From the NCBI GenBank assembly GCA_003219195.1, contig QHPX01000082.1, positions 6,340 to 30,339 of the forward strand: 24,000 nucleotides of DNA, written 5' to 3'. A model generated the notes under the pieces. It was not told the origin of the DNA and made no database searches. It was given only the letters and a program-made list of their open reading frames with translations. Numbering within the stretch: position 1 is the stretch's first letter; each line of letters opens with the position of its first letter. A program made the position numbers and the translations under genes. Below are positions 17,301-24,000 of this stretch, in pieces. The stretch is from Verrucomicrobiota bacterium. Lineage in GTDB: Bacteria; Verrucomicrobiota; Verrucomicrobiia; Chthoniobacterales; UBA10450.

Positions 17301-17412
17301 CACCGACGCATATCCATTGGCTACTCTGGCGGTCGATTACGACATCCTTGAAACAAAATGGACGTTGACACATCCGGCCTTTGCGACCGAATCGCCGGAG
17401 GAGGAACCATGA
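14311..17412 (+). CDS. addB: AddB-type subunit of helicase-nuclease complex (PD-(D/E)XK nuclease, degenerate helicase-like N-terminal region)
   Basis: It is 1033 aa long. The C-terminal RecB-family nuclease motif is GRIDLILAKEN...LWVVDYKTGKR...QVGLYALAL. I could find no Walker A motif. It is translationally coupled to the UvrD-like partner through an ATGA overlap at 17409..17412. Confidence 0.7.
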   Translation: MVQRSANERQNVRHVTLHIGASFEAAWESVLQPWFESVSQIACAIAKPAVVVLPYQSRTQFFRYRLLEAGIPLLGVKFVAPLQLREILLHPAGVKLPLREHLRLLLSFAAEQVIAANSENEAIDATIAAAKTVWRAPDHLLRTIDRLNAAGWSFDEIGPPAFQKVLSRFRTLIKKCGFTSIHEADRLALARAENAEKIFSNLLVAGFDGAHWPLWPMLSAATKASAKATVVLTDPRDEARDLDECWIGTWEQTFAAALPIEPPTRVARISSRQISGAADQKSQLELFADKLGRPVHFLLGRETTEEARAISTLVLKFLTEPSARRIGVLFPSAGALARSVAALLSELEIPHYDSIAHLIAPTIDDLAWQAWLQLQENNRLNPLLHFLSTFENNARLLGDVTLEQVENILRRAYRQILIDDIAVLREYCAHHSTEEAAPAAAVRMAGVRFLPAAATFPEFIRQTSEIFAELGWENRKIELERLSKDWSETIDGSFSRQSYLRWLREILSKPTRSRDRCGDHPYSRVHLLSFREAEGQEWSHLILAGLNEGAWPRSDNESDFVRDEEIDALNRRIKVLNRRAIVQGRHGEGQWSVKEGKTLCLGSIERQQIALRQMANLMESAEQGLAISAALFTESSPRRIANPSEFFSGLYFNLHGKALSQPTLEAMEKQTHEWVEQSGLLVRKARDEAAVAQTRIAYNERRAEKKAGEFEFALRAPLIEPISLSVSEFERLFKSPALIWMKSFLGVEADDLDLEQWNLAVGIWVHEWLREIVDRPSAQSFGKLGSDARERVQRAATTFRDEIATMLKRCGRAVPDWWSSTWHNAFYISNCFAGHVAATKEWPYAATEWSLRALPAIQINGADGLKLRGRIDLILAKENPTTNKFTEEDLWVVDYKTGKRKNLRSSQWRLEDDIRNGVLKQLLKGEGVQVGLYALALGQLGAKNVGISLLARGLDLSAPQLMLPQITCHDQVWRELSGMEKSGVFGMRGAIRSEFNFTDAYPLATLAVDYDILETKWTLTHPAFATESPEEEP

Positions 17413-20400
17413 TCGCGCCATCTGATCACGCGCAACGCGAGCGTTTTTGCTGCGACCTTGAGACCAATTTCTCCGTGGTCGCTGCGGCCGGCTCCGGAAA
17501 AACGCGCGCCATCACCGATCGCATCGTGCAAATCGCGCGCAGCTCAGGCGCCCTCGAATGGCTGCCCAAGTTGGTCGTCGTTACTTTCACCCACCGGGCA
17601 GCGGACGAAATGCAGAGGCGCGCGCGACAAAAAATCCTCGAAGCGCGCGTTTCGTTCGATGTTGTCGCGGCCTTCAATCGCGCCTTCTTCGGCACGATCC
17701 ACAGTTTTTGCGTAAGACTCCTGAGTGATTACGGACATTATCTCGGTTTGCCGCCGCGGCTCGATTTGATCAGCGATGACGACGAATTATGGCATGACTT
17801 CGTGCAAAGCCGGACTTCAATCGGCCATTGCTTAAGCGAGGAGAATCGCCGCATTCTCTTACGACATGTTCCCGTCCGGCAATTAATGGAACTTGGGCGC
17901 CGCGGAAATGTTTCTTTGCCCCACGCGACTGAGTTTGGACCCTGCCCCGAGCTCGATCTGGACGGCATTTATCGGTTTTCGCCATCAGCGAGATCTCTCG
18001 AAAAAATTGAGCGAGGTCACGCGGAAGTGCGCGAATGGGAAAATGCTTATCGCTCTGGCGTCGATTTTCTTCCGCTTCTGGAATGTCCTTCGAGTGCGCA
18101 GGGCTTCGTCGCCGTGTGGGACGAAGCTTTCGGCCCGTTCCGCAAATGGCTGAATTGCTGCGCGCTGTCAGTCGCCGCCAAAATCCAAAGCGCTTATCGC
18201 GACTTTCGGCTCGATCACGGTGTCCTCACCTACGACGACCAGATCGCGCTCGCCGATTCACTTTTACAACATCCAATCGCTGCCGATCGCATCCGCGAAC
18301 GAAATTTCCGCGTCATTCTCGACGAGGCGCAGGACACTGACCCGCAGCAGTTCTCGATATTGCTGGAGGTTGCGCGGCCTGCGAGAGCGCGTGGTCATTG
18401 GCTCGAGACTAGGACCGATCCGCCACGCGCCGGCCATTTCTGCATGGTGGGCGATTTCCAGCAATCGATCTTTGGCGACCGCGCGGATCTCAAACAATAC
18501 CGCCGCATCCACGAAACCCTTGTCGAAGGCGACGCCGGCGACGCGCTCGAGTTTGCAGTAACCTTTCGGCTCGATCAACGACAGCTCGACTTCGTTAACT
18601 CCGTTTTCCCGCTTCTCCTCAACGAGCAGGAAAACCAAGTCAAATTCGTTGAATTAAATCCACGTCCCGGCCTTCTGCCCGGGCAGGTTGTCCGTTTGGA
18701 CATTCAGGCCGAAAACGAGCGCGCGACACGCGACAAACAAAGTGAACGGCAGAAGGCGGACAAAGAAGCGCGCCAGGTCGCGGCCTGGATCAAAAAAAAC
18801 GGCTTGGAAAACTTGCGCGCATGGTGCTGGAGCGATGTCGCAATTCTGTGTCCGCGAAAAATTTGGTTGCGCCCGTTGCAGGAAGCACTCCGTCGGGTCG
18901 GCCTGGATGTGCAAACGCAATCGGACAACGAATTGAACGCCGATAATCCCGCGCACGCCTGGCTGACCGCACTTGTTACCGTTCTGGTCAAGCCACAGCT
19001 TAGTTACGAAATCGTTGGAGTGCTTCGCGAAATCTTTGGCCTCTCTGATGACGATCTTGCACGATTTTCCGATGGCAGCGGGCAGCGGTTTCAAGTTCAA
19101 TCAATTACCGGAGAGAAAGGCGTTGTTGCAGAAACGTTGAATTCCCTGGCCGCCCTTCGGGACGCCATTCGCTCCGCACCGCTTTACCAGGCGGTTTGCC
19201 AGGCCGTCGCTGACGTGCGCTTGCGCGAGCGACTCGAGAGTCTGCCAAGCGATGAATTTGACGATTTGAGCACTGAGCTTGACCGGCTTCTCGTTACAGC
19301 GGCTACGGCCGAAGCGGATGGAAAAACGCTGGCCGAGTTCGCGCGCGATCTGCGCGCCAATTTCGACGCGCCGCGCGAATCCGGGCCGGCACGACGCGAT
19401 GCCGTGCAATTAATCACCGGCCAAAAGGCGAAAGGCTCGGAATGGGACGCCGTGATTGTGCCGTTTCTCTCCCGCGAAGTGCGCACCCGGTCGCCCGATT
19501 ACGCTCGCATCGTCAGGATCCCGCCAACTGGCGAGCTGGTGGTCGCGCTTGGGCGCGACGATACGAGCAAAGAGGTCAAAGATGCGCTGAAATTGGCGGA
19601 GCGCCAGGAAATGGAGCGCTTGCTTTATGTTGCCCTGACTCGGGCAAGACACACTCTGGTGCTTGCATTCGATCACGCTCTTTTTCATACCGCGCAAGGC
19701 GCGAGTCCGAAAAATTCGCAGGCACGGTGGCTTCGCAGCGCCGAAACGGAAGAGAACAGTAAGGTTTTCGGAAAGCTCCCGAAAGAGACGCAATACTGCG
19801 CTGCAACGCAAGAACGGCAACGGGAAGACACGATACAACGAGAGTTAGAACAGAAATTAACTCTGCTTCCAGAAGTTGGAGCAAAGACAAAGAGCGACGG
19901 TTTGAAACGCGCCGCGGATTACGTTCGCAAATTAAACCCGAGCCGCGTCGCCGGCGGGCGCATCTTGCCAATCACCGGGTCCGACACTTGGAAAGAAACC
20001 GACCCCGAATTACGACCACTAGCGGTGGAGAGTGCGGCCACACGATATGGGCTATGGTGGCACGAGTTCGCGCAGCGAATTCCGTGGACAGCCGACGCGA
20101 ACACTTGCACAAGAATATTCGACGAGCACCAGTTACGTTCACCGGACACGGCTCGCTCGCGTCGGGAATGGCAGCGTTTGCAGGAACATCTTAACGATTC
20201 GACTGATTTCCGACAAAAGTTCGCGAGCGACAGTGTACTTTTGCATTCGGAAATGCCGTTTCTCTGGCCGGGCGAAGCTTCAAAATGCGTAGAAGGAATT
20301 GTCGATCTTGCGATATTTGATCGCGCCAAACGGGAATGGTTAATTCTCGATTGGAAAACAAACCGGATCAGCCGCGATCAAACCGCTCTATTGCGCAAAC

Positions 20401-20621
20401 AATACCTGCCGCAACTGGCGGCCTATTGGAGAGCAATCACGCAAATGACCGGCATGCCGGTTGAAGCGAGGATCTATTCAAGTGCAACTGGTCAATTTAT
20501 CGCTTACCAACCCGACGAGCTCGTGGCCGAATGGGAACGACTTCGGACGCTGCCGCTAAACGAGCTGACTCGGGAAATTGAGGCCAAGCCCCGCGTCAGC
20601 AATCACGCTCGCCGCGGATGA
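17409..20621 (+). CDS. addA: AddA-type UvrD/Rep-family helicase with C-terminal PD-(D/E)XK nuclease
   Basis: The motifs are Walker A AAAGSGKT, motif II ILDEAQDTD, VGDFQQSIFGDRA, ITGQKAKGSEWDAVIVP and RLLYVALTRARHTLVL. The C-terminal nuclease region is GIVDLAIFD...WLILDWKTN...QLAAYW. ATG 17409 lies after GGAGGAGGA and is preferred to track start 17358. Confidence 0.8.
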   Translation: MIAPSDHAQRERFCCDLETNFSVVAAAGSGKTRAITDRIVQIARSSGALEWLPKLVVVTFTHRAADEMQRRARQKILEARVSFDVVAAFNRAFFGTIHSFCVRLLSDYGHYLGLPPRLDLISDDDELWHDFVQSRTSIGHCLSEENRRILLRHVPVRQLMELGRRGNVSLPHATEFGPCPELDLDGIYRFSPSARSLEKIERGHAEVREWENAYRSGVDFLPLLECPSSAQGFVAVWDEAFGPFRKWLNCCALSVAAKIQSAYRDFRLDHGVLTYDDQIALADSLLQHPIAADRIRERNFRVILDEAQDTDPQQFSILLEVARPARARGHWLETRTDPPRAGHFCMVGDFQQSIFGDRADLKQYRRIHETLVEGDAGDALEFAVTFRLDQRQLDFVNSVFPLLLNEQENQVKFVELNPRPGLLPGQVVRLDIQAENERATRDKQSERQKADKEARQVAAWIKKNGLENLRAWCWSDVAILCPRKIWLRPLQEALRRVGLDVQTQSDNELNADNPAHAWLTALVTVLVKPQLSYEIVGVLREIFGLSDDDLARFSDGSGQRFQVQSITGEKGVVAETLNSLAALRDAIRSAPLYQAVCQAVADVRLRERLESLPSDEFDDLSTELDRLLVTAATAEADGKTLAEFARDLRANFDAPRESGPARRDAVQLITGQKAKGSEWDAVIVPFLSREVRTRSPDYARIVRIPPTGELVVALGRDDTSKEVKDALKLAERQEMERLLYVALTRARHTLVLAFDHALFHTAQGASPKNSQARWLRSAETEENSKVFGKLPKETQYCAATQERQREDTIQRELEQKLTLLPEVGAKTKSDGLKRAADYVRKLNPSRVAGGRILPITGSDTWKETDPELRPLAVESAATRYGLWWHEFAQRIPWTADANTCTRIFDEHQLRSPDTARSRREWQRLQEHLNDSTDFRQKFASDSVLLHSEMPFLWPGEASKCVEGIVDLAIFDRAKREWLILDWKTNRISRDQTALLRKQYLPQLAAYWRAITQMTGMPVEARIYSSATGQFIAYQPDELVAEWERLRTLPLNELTREIEAKPRVSNHARRG

Positions 20622-21699
20622 ATTGTTCGACGCAGCGATGCGCTTCGTCATCGGTCATCTGCACTGGCGGATGTTTGGAGAAGTAAGCGGAGGCGGAATG
20701 GAGCACCCCGCCAATGCCGCGATCGAGCGCGAGTTTGCAGCAGCGAATCGCGTCAATTACGACGCCGGCGGAATTCGGTGAGTCTTCGACTGAGAGTTTG
20801 AGATCGAGTTCCATCGGCACATCGCCGAAGAGCCGGCCTTCGACACGGATGAAGCAGATCTTGTTGTCGAGCTGCCACGGCACATAATCGCTCGGGCCGA
20901 TGTGAATATTTTCGTCGGCCAGCCGTTCGTTCATGACCGATTGCACGGCTTCGGTCTTCGAGGTTTTTTTCGAGGCGAGCCGGCTCCGATTGAGCATGTT
21001 CAGAAAATCGGTGTTGCCCCCGGTATTCAATTGGTAAGTCCGCTCGACTTTCACGCCGCGCTTGCGGAAAAGATCGACAATCGTGCGATGCAAAACAGTC
21101 GCGCCTATTTGCGCTTTGACATCGTCGCCGATGACCGGCAAATTTTTGTCGGCAAAACGCTTGGCCCAAACGGGATCGCTCGCGATGAAAACCGGAATGT
21201 TATTGACAAACGCGATGCCGGCTTCGAGCGCGCAACCGGCGTAGAAGCGCGTGGCTTCCTCCGACCCGACCGGCAGATAATTCACCATAATCTCCGCGCA
21301 GGAATCTTTCAGCTCAGCGATGATCTGTTCGCGGGTCGATTCCTTCTCCAGCGGCAGAAAAGTTCGCAGCGGATCCTGTTCGCGCATGTGGGGGGCATAG
21401 CTGTCGAAAACGCAGCCCATTTTCACGATTGCGCCGGTGAGGTTGATTTTATCGCAAAAAACCTTCGTGCAATTGGGCGGCGAGAATATGGCCTTGCTGA
21501 CGTCGAGACCGACCTTGCGCCGGTCAATATCAAAGGCAGCAACGACCTCGATATCGCCCGGGCGATAATGCCCAATTTGCCGGTGCATTAGTCCCACCCC
21601 GGCGCCATTAGCGGAGGAACCGTGATAGAAGTTTATTCCCTGGATGAGAGAGCTGGCGCAGTTCCCCACCCCGACGATAGCGATTCTAATTTTTCTCAT
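20596..21699 (-). CDS. ino1: Inositol-3-phosphate synthase (myo-inositol-1-phosphate synthase), short bacterial/archaeal type
   Basis: The 367-aa product has the N-terminus MRKIRIAIVGVGNCASSLIQGINFY (Rossmann GxGxxA/S). Its YQLNTGGNTDFLNM and SKKTSKTEAV segments resemble the MIPS family as I recall it. Confidence 0.75.
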   Translation of the reverse strand: MRKIRIAIVGVGNCASSLIQGINFYHGSSANGAGVGLMHRQIGHYRPGDIEVVAAFDIDRRKVGLDVSKAIFSPPNCTKVFCDKINLTGAIVKMGCVFDSYAPHMREQDPLRTFLPLEKESTREQIIAELKDSCAEIMVNYLPVGSEEATRFYAGCALEAGIAFVNNIPVFIASDPVWAKRFADKNLPVIGDDVKAQIGATVLHRTIVDLFRKRGVKVERTYQLNTGGNTDFLNMLNRSRLASKKTSKTEAVQSVMNERLADENIHIGPSDYVPWQLDNKICFIRVEGRLFGDVPMELDLKLSVEDSPNSAGVVIDAIRCCKLALDRGIGGVLHSASAYFSKHPPVQMTDDEAHRCVEQFIRGERDC

Positions 21700-21749
21700 G
21701 CGCGAAGTTGTAAGCTATGCGCAGCCCATTGGTTGGGGCAAGATGCAAG

Positions 21750-21775
21750 TAGCCCGTTTCCACAAAAACGGGCTA
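21750..21775. promoter_or_regulatory. Perfect 10-bp inverted repeat TAGCCCGTTT-N6-AAACGGGCTA in the divergent ino1/tolC intergenic region
   Basis: The arms at 21750..21759 and 21766..21775 are exact reverse complements. The repeat lies 51-76 nt upstream of the ino1 start. No flanking T-run exists on either strand, so it is more operator-like or a 5'-UTR stem than a terminator. Confidence 0.35.
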
Positions 21776-21914
21776 TCGTCCGCCCCGGAGCGGCTGCTGC
21801 TCGGACAATTGAAGGAATTTTCCACACTCGTGCTCGCTTGCAAGAACTGCTATAACCATAAAGCCGAGAGGGATTTTTGTTGAAAAAGAAAGCCTTGGCG
21901 GAGAGATAAACGAA

Positions 21915-23297
21915 ATGCGTTTGGTTCTTCGGGCCGTCGCGCTCTTAATCATATTTGCTTTACCCGCTCCATTGCGGGGGGCGACCCCCGATTATAGCAT
22001 CGAAGAAGCGGTCGCACTTGCCCAGGCTCAAAATCCCGAAATTGCCATCGCACGCAAGAAAATCGAGGCAGCGCGTGGTGGTCTGGTTGAAGCGCGCTCC
22101 GGCTTTCTTCCCTCGGTGGTATCGACGGGTCTGGTCGATAAACGAGAGCACCAGTCAGAAACACGCCTTCGAGATGAAGATTACAATGCCTCGCTGCGGG
22201 TGGTACAGAACCTTTACACTGGCGGCGCCGTCACCAGCCAGGTCGCGATCGCCCGCTTGAACATCGACAAGCAGGAATACGAGTTCCAAGAAATCGCCAA
22301 CCGGGTAGCGATGGATGTGCGCATCGGTTTTAACGAACTCCTTTTGAATCGCGCCAAGATTCGCGTGCGCGAAGATTCCGTGCGCGTCTTGGAAGAGGAG
22401 CTCAAAACGCAGCAGGAGAGGTTGAGCGCGGGCATCGTCGGCAAATTGAACGTCCAGCGCGCCGACGTTGCGCTGGCCAACGAACGACCAGAGTTGATCA
22501 ACGCGCAGACCCAGCTAAAAAATTCCTACCTGCGGCTCGGAGAACTTTTCGGGATCGACTTTCCGCCCGATTCTGAGCAAGCGCCCTTTGAAATCTCGGG
22601 ACAATTGCAATATCACCCGCGCCATTTCGACCTGAACGAGTGTCTGGTTCGAGCCGATTTCAGCCGTCCCGAACTTAAAGCGCGTCAGAAAGACATCGAG
22701 ATCGAAGATCGACAATACACGCTGGACCAAAGCGAACTTCGCCCGCGGGTGGGATTTTTTTCCGCCTACGAAATTTACAACGAGCGGGACCCGCAGGTCG
22801 GTCACGAATTTAATCATGGATATTTGGTGGGAATAAACGCGACCTGGCACATCTTCGACGGGTTTGCGACAAAGGGACGACTGCAGGCGACGCGCGCCCG
22901 GCGCGAAGCCGCCGTTCAAACGCTCGAAGCAGCGCGACGCGCGGTTGCTTCCGAAGTCCGCGGCGCATTTTTCGATCTCGAGCAAGCGGAACGCGTGCTC
23001 GAATCCGAAACTAAAAATGTGCAGACCGCCGACGAGTCGCTCGAGATTGCCAAGACCAACCTTGCCGCCGGATTAGGAACACAACTCGACATCCTGCAAG
23101 CATCCTCCGATGTAACGCGGACCCGAACCACGCGTCTAAGCGCAATCTATTTGCATAACGTGGCACTGGCGCGCCTCGCCCGCGCGTGCGCCAGCCGCCC
23201 GGAAGCGCTCGATTTCATGACCAGCAACAAAGACGAGCGGGCGGAAGCGCGAGTTTCAAACGTGGCGCAGCCACCGGCGAAGTTAACCGAGCGATGA
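21915..23297 (+). CDS. TolC-family outer-membrane efflux protein
   Basis: The signal peptide is MRLVLRAVALLIIFALPAPLRGA. Next comes the typical start of the family, SIEEAVALAQAQNPEIAIARKKIEAARGGLVEARSGFLPSV. The protein has two repeated alpha-helical/beta halves and is 460 aa long. Confidence 0.85.
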   Translation: MRLVLRAVALLIIFALPAPLRGATPDYSIEEAVALAQAQNPEIAIARKKIEAARGGLVEARSGFLPSVVSTGLVDKREHQSETRLRDEDYNASLRVVQNLYTGGAVTSQVAIARLNIDKQEYEFQEIANRVAMDVRIGFNELLLNRAKIRVREDSVRVLEEELKTQQERLSAGIVGKLNVQRADVALANERPELINAQTQLKNSYLRLGELFGIDFPPDSEQAPFEISGQLQYHPRHFDLNECLVRADFSRPELKARQKDIEIEDRQYTLDQSELRPRVGFFSAYEIYNERDPQVGHEFNHGYLVGINATWHIFDGFATKGRLQATRARREAAVQTLEAARRAVASEVRGAFFDLEQAERVLESETKNVQTADESLEIAKTNLAAGLGTQLDILQASSDVTRTRTTRLSAIYLHNVALARLARACASRPEALDFMTSNKDERAEARVSNVAQPPAKLTER

Positions 23298-23305
23298 AAC
23301 CGCGC

Positions 23306-23453
23306 GTTCTGGCTCCGGGGAGCACAGGCCGCTGGCCTGTAGTTCGCGGCAGCTTGCCGCGAACCGCTTTGGACATTGGGCGAGCTATTACGTGCAGATG
23401 CATTCGGCGCAGCGGCCGAATGCTACAGGCTGGCAGCCTGTGCTTCCCAGAAC
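23306..23453. repeat. 148-nt GC-rich multi-hairpin element (four stem-loops bracketed by an imperfect long inverted repeat)
   Basis: The outer arms are gttctgg...agcacaggc.gc..gcctgtag (23306..23342) and ctacaggc..gc.gcctgtgct...ccagaac (23423..23453). The internal perfect hairpins are gttcgcggca-gct-tgccgcgaac (23342..23364) and gcattcggc-gcagcg-gccgaatgc (23400..23423). Each outer arm can also fold on itself (acaggcc-gct-ggcctgt; acaggctg/cagcctgt). Confidence 0.6.
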
Positions 23454-24000
23454 TGGGCGCCCGACGGAGGCCAACCACAATCCTGAAAATATTTATTTCA
23501 GTTTTGATCGCTTACTTTGCCCAGGTAGGTAAGGCGATCACGCTGGACATGGTTCTGCAAACCACGCTGGAAAAAAATCCCGCGATCGCGCAGGCCAAAG
23601 CGGGTCTCGAGGAAGCGGCCGGCCAGCGGCTCATCCTCCGTTCCATCATGTGGCCCGATGCTAAAGTCGGCGTTCCCGGTGGCGTTCAAGGCGGCCACCG
23701 CGCGGGCGAAAGTGCTACGCAAGCGTTTGCCTTCGCGCGCGGATCTTTCGTTCAGTCCCTGTTCAATGCGGCGGCCGCGCCGTCGCGCCGGCGTGGAGAT
23801 GTCGGTCTTCTAATCGCGGAGCAACAATTGAACGTTGCCGTGGTGGAACAACTTCACGCGGCCCGGCTGGCCTTTTATACGGCGCTGTACAACCGCGAAC
23901 TGCAATCGCTCCGCGAAGACCAGCGACAACGATTGGAACAAACTGTTGCCAGTCAGAAAGATCGTTACGAAGCCGGATTAACTGATCGCAGCGCTTTGAC
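23420..24000 (+). CDS. Second TolC-family outer-membrane efflux protein (3' end outside the window; start uncertain)
   Basis: The frame is open from 23420 to the window end and is absent from the ORF track because it has no stop. It reads ...ILKIFISVLIAYFAQVGKA | ITLDMVLQTTLEKNPAIAQAKAGLEEAAGQ...NVAVVEQLHAARLAFYTALYNRELQSLREDQRQRLEQTVASQKDRYEAGLTDRSAL, which is TolC-like. ATG 23420 lies inside the hairpin element. A non-ATG start near 23483 (CTG) is the alternative. Confidence 0.7.
   Translation, partial: MLQAGSLCFPELGARRRPTTILKIFISVLIAYFAQVGKAITLDMVLQTTLEKNPAIAQAKAGLEEAAGQRLILRSIMWPDAKVGVPGGVQGGHRAGESATQAFAFARGSFVQSLFNAAAAPSRRRGDVGLLIAEQQLNVAVVEQLHAARLAFYTALYNRELQSLREDQRQRLEQTVASQKDRYEAGLTDRSAL

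Noticed and set aside
14311-20621. Helicase + nuclease pair as a novel anti-phage defence system
   Set aside because: The sizes, the dual C-terminal RecB-type nuclease motifs, the gene order and the translational coupling match AddAB/RexAB recombination-repair enzymes. The flanking genes are housekeeping (sel genes, ino1).
20902-21591. 229-aa plus-strand ORF; also 11250..11855 (-) and 22515..22985 (-)
   Set aside because: They are antisense to well-supported genes (ino1, selA, tolC-like) and have no motifs or ribosome-binding sites.

Overview
This window comes from a Gram-negative, moderately GC-rich bacterium, judged from its TolC-type and beta-barrel outer-membrane genes. Taxonomy cannot be assigned without a database search. 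There are three blocks.
(i) 1-9.3 kb holds a head-to-tail array of three paralogous secreted multidomain proteins. Each has a signal peptide, a PPC-like beta-sandwich, an Asp-box/BNR beta-propeller, an FN3 domain, a C-terminal beta-sandwich and a Pro/Thr linker, and all three end in the identical tail TPTPKPHKK*. Each stop is followed by about 45 nt that are conserved with a coding-like pattern in the -1 frame and end at coincident stops. A putative outer-membrane beta-barrel gene follows.
(ii) 9.4-14.3 kb is a complete selenocysteine-decoding island that the ORF track breaks up. It contains a SelW/Rdx-like selenoprotein (CxxU, in-frame UGA 9491), tRNA-Sec (9769..9862), a selenocysteine-containing selD (true start 9937, UGA 9988), selA and selB. 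Hairpins with the same AGUUU loop lie downstream of both UGAs.
(iii) 14.3-24 kb carries an addB/addA-type nuclease-helicase pair, a convergent inositol-3-phosphate synthase, and two tandem TolC-family genes separated by a 148-nt multi-hairpin element.
No CRISPR array, IS element or rRNA was seen. All functional calls rest on motif recognition by eye; no searches were run.
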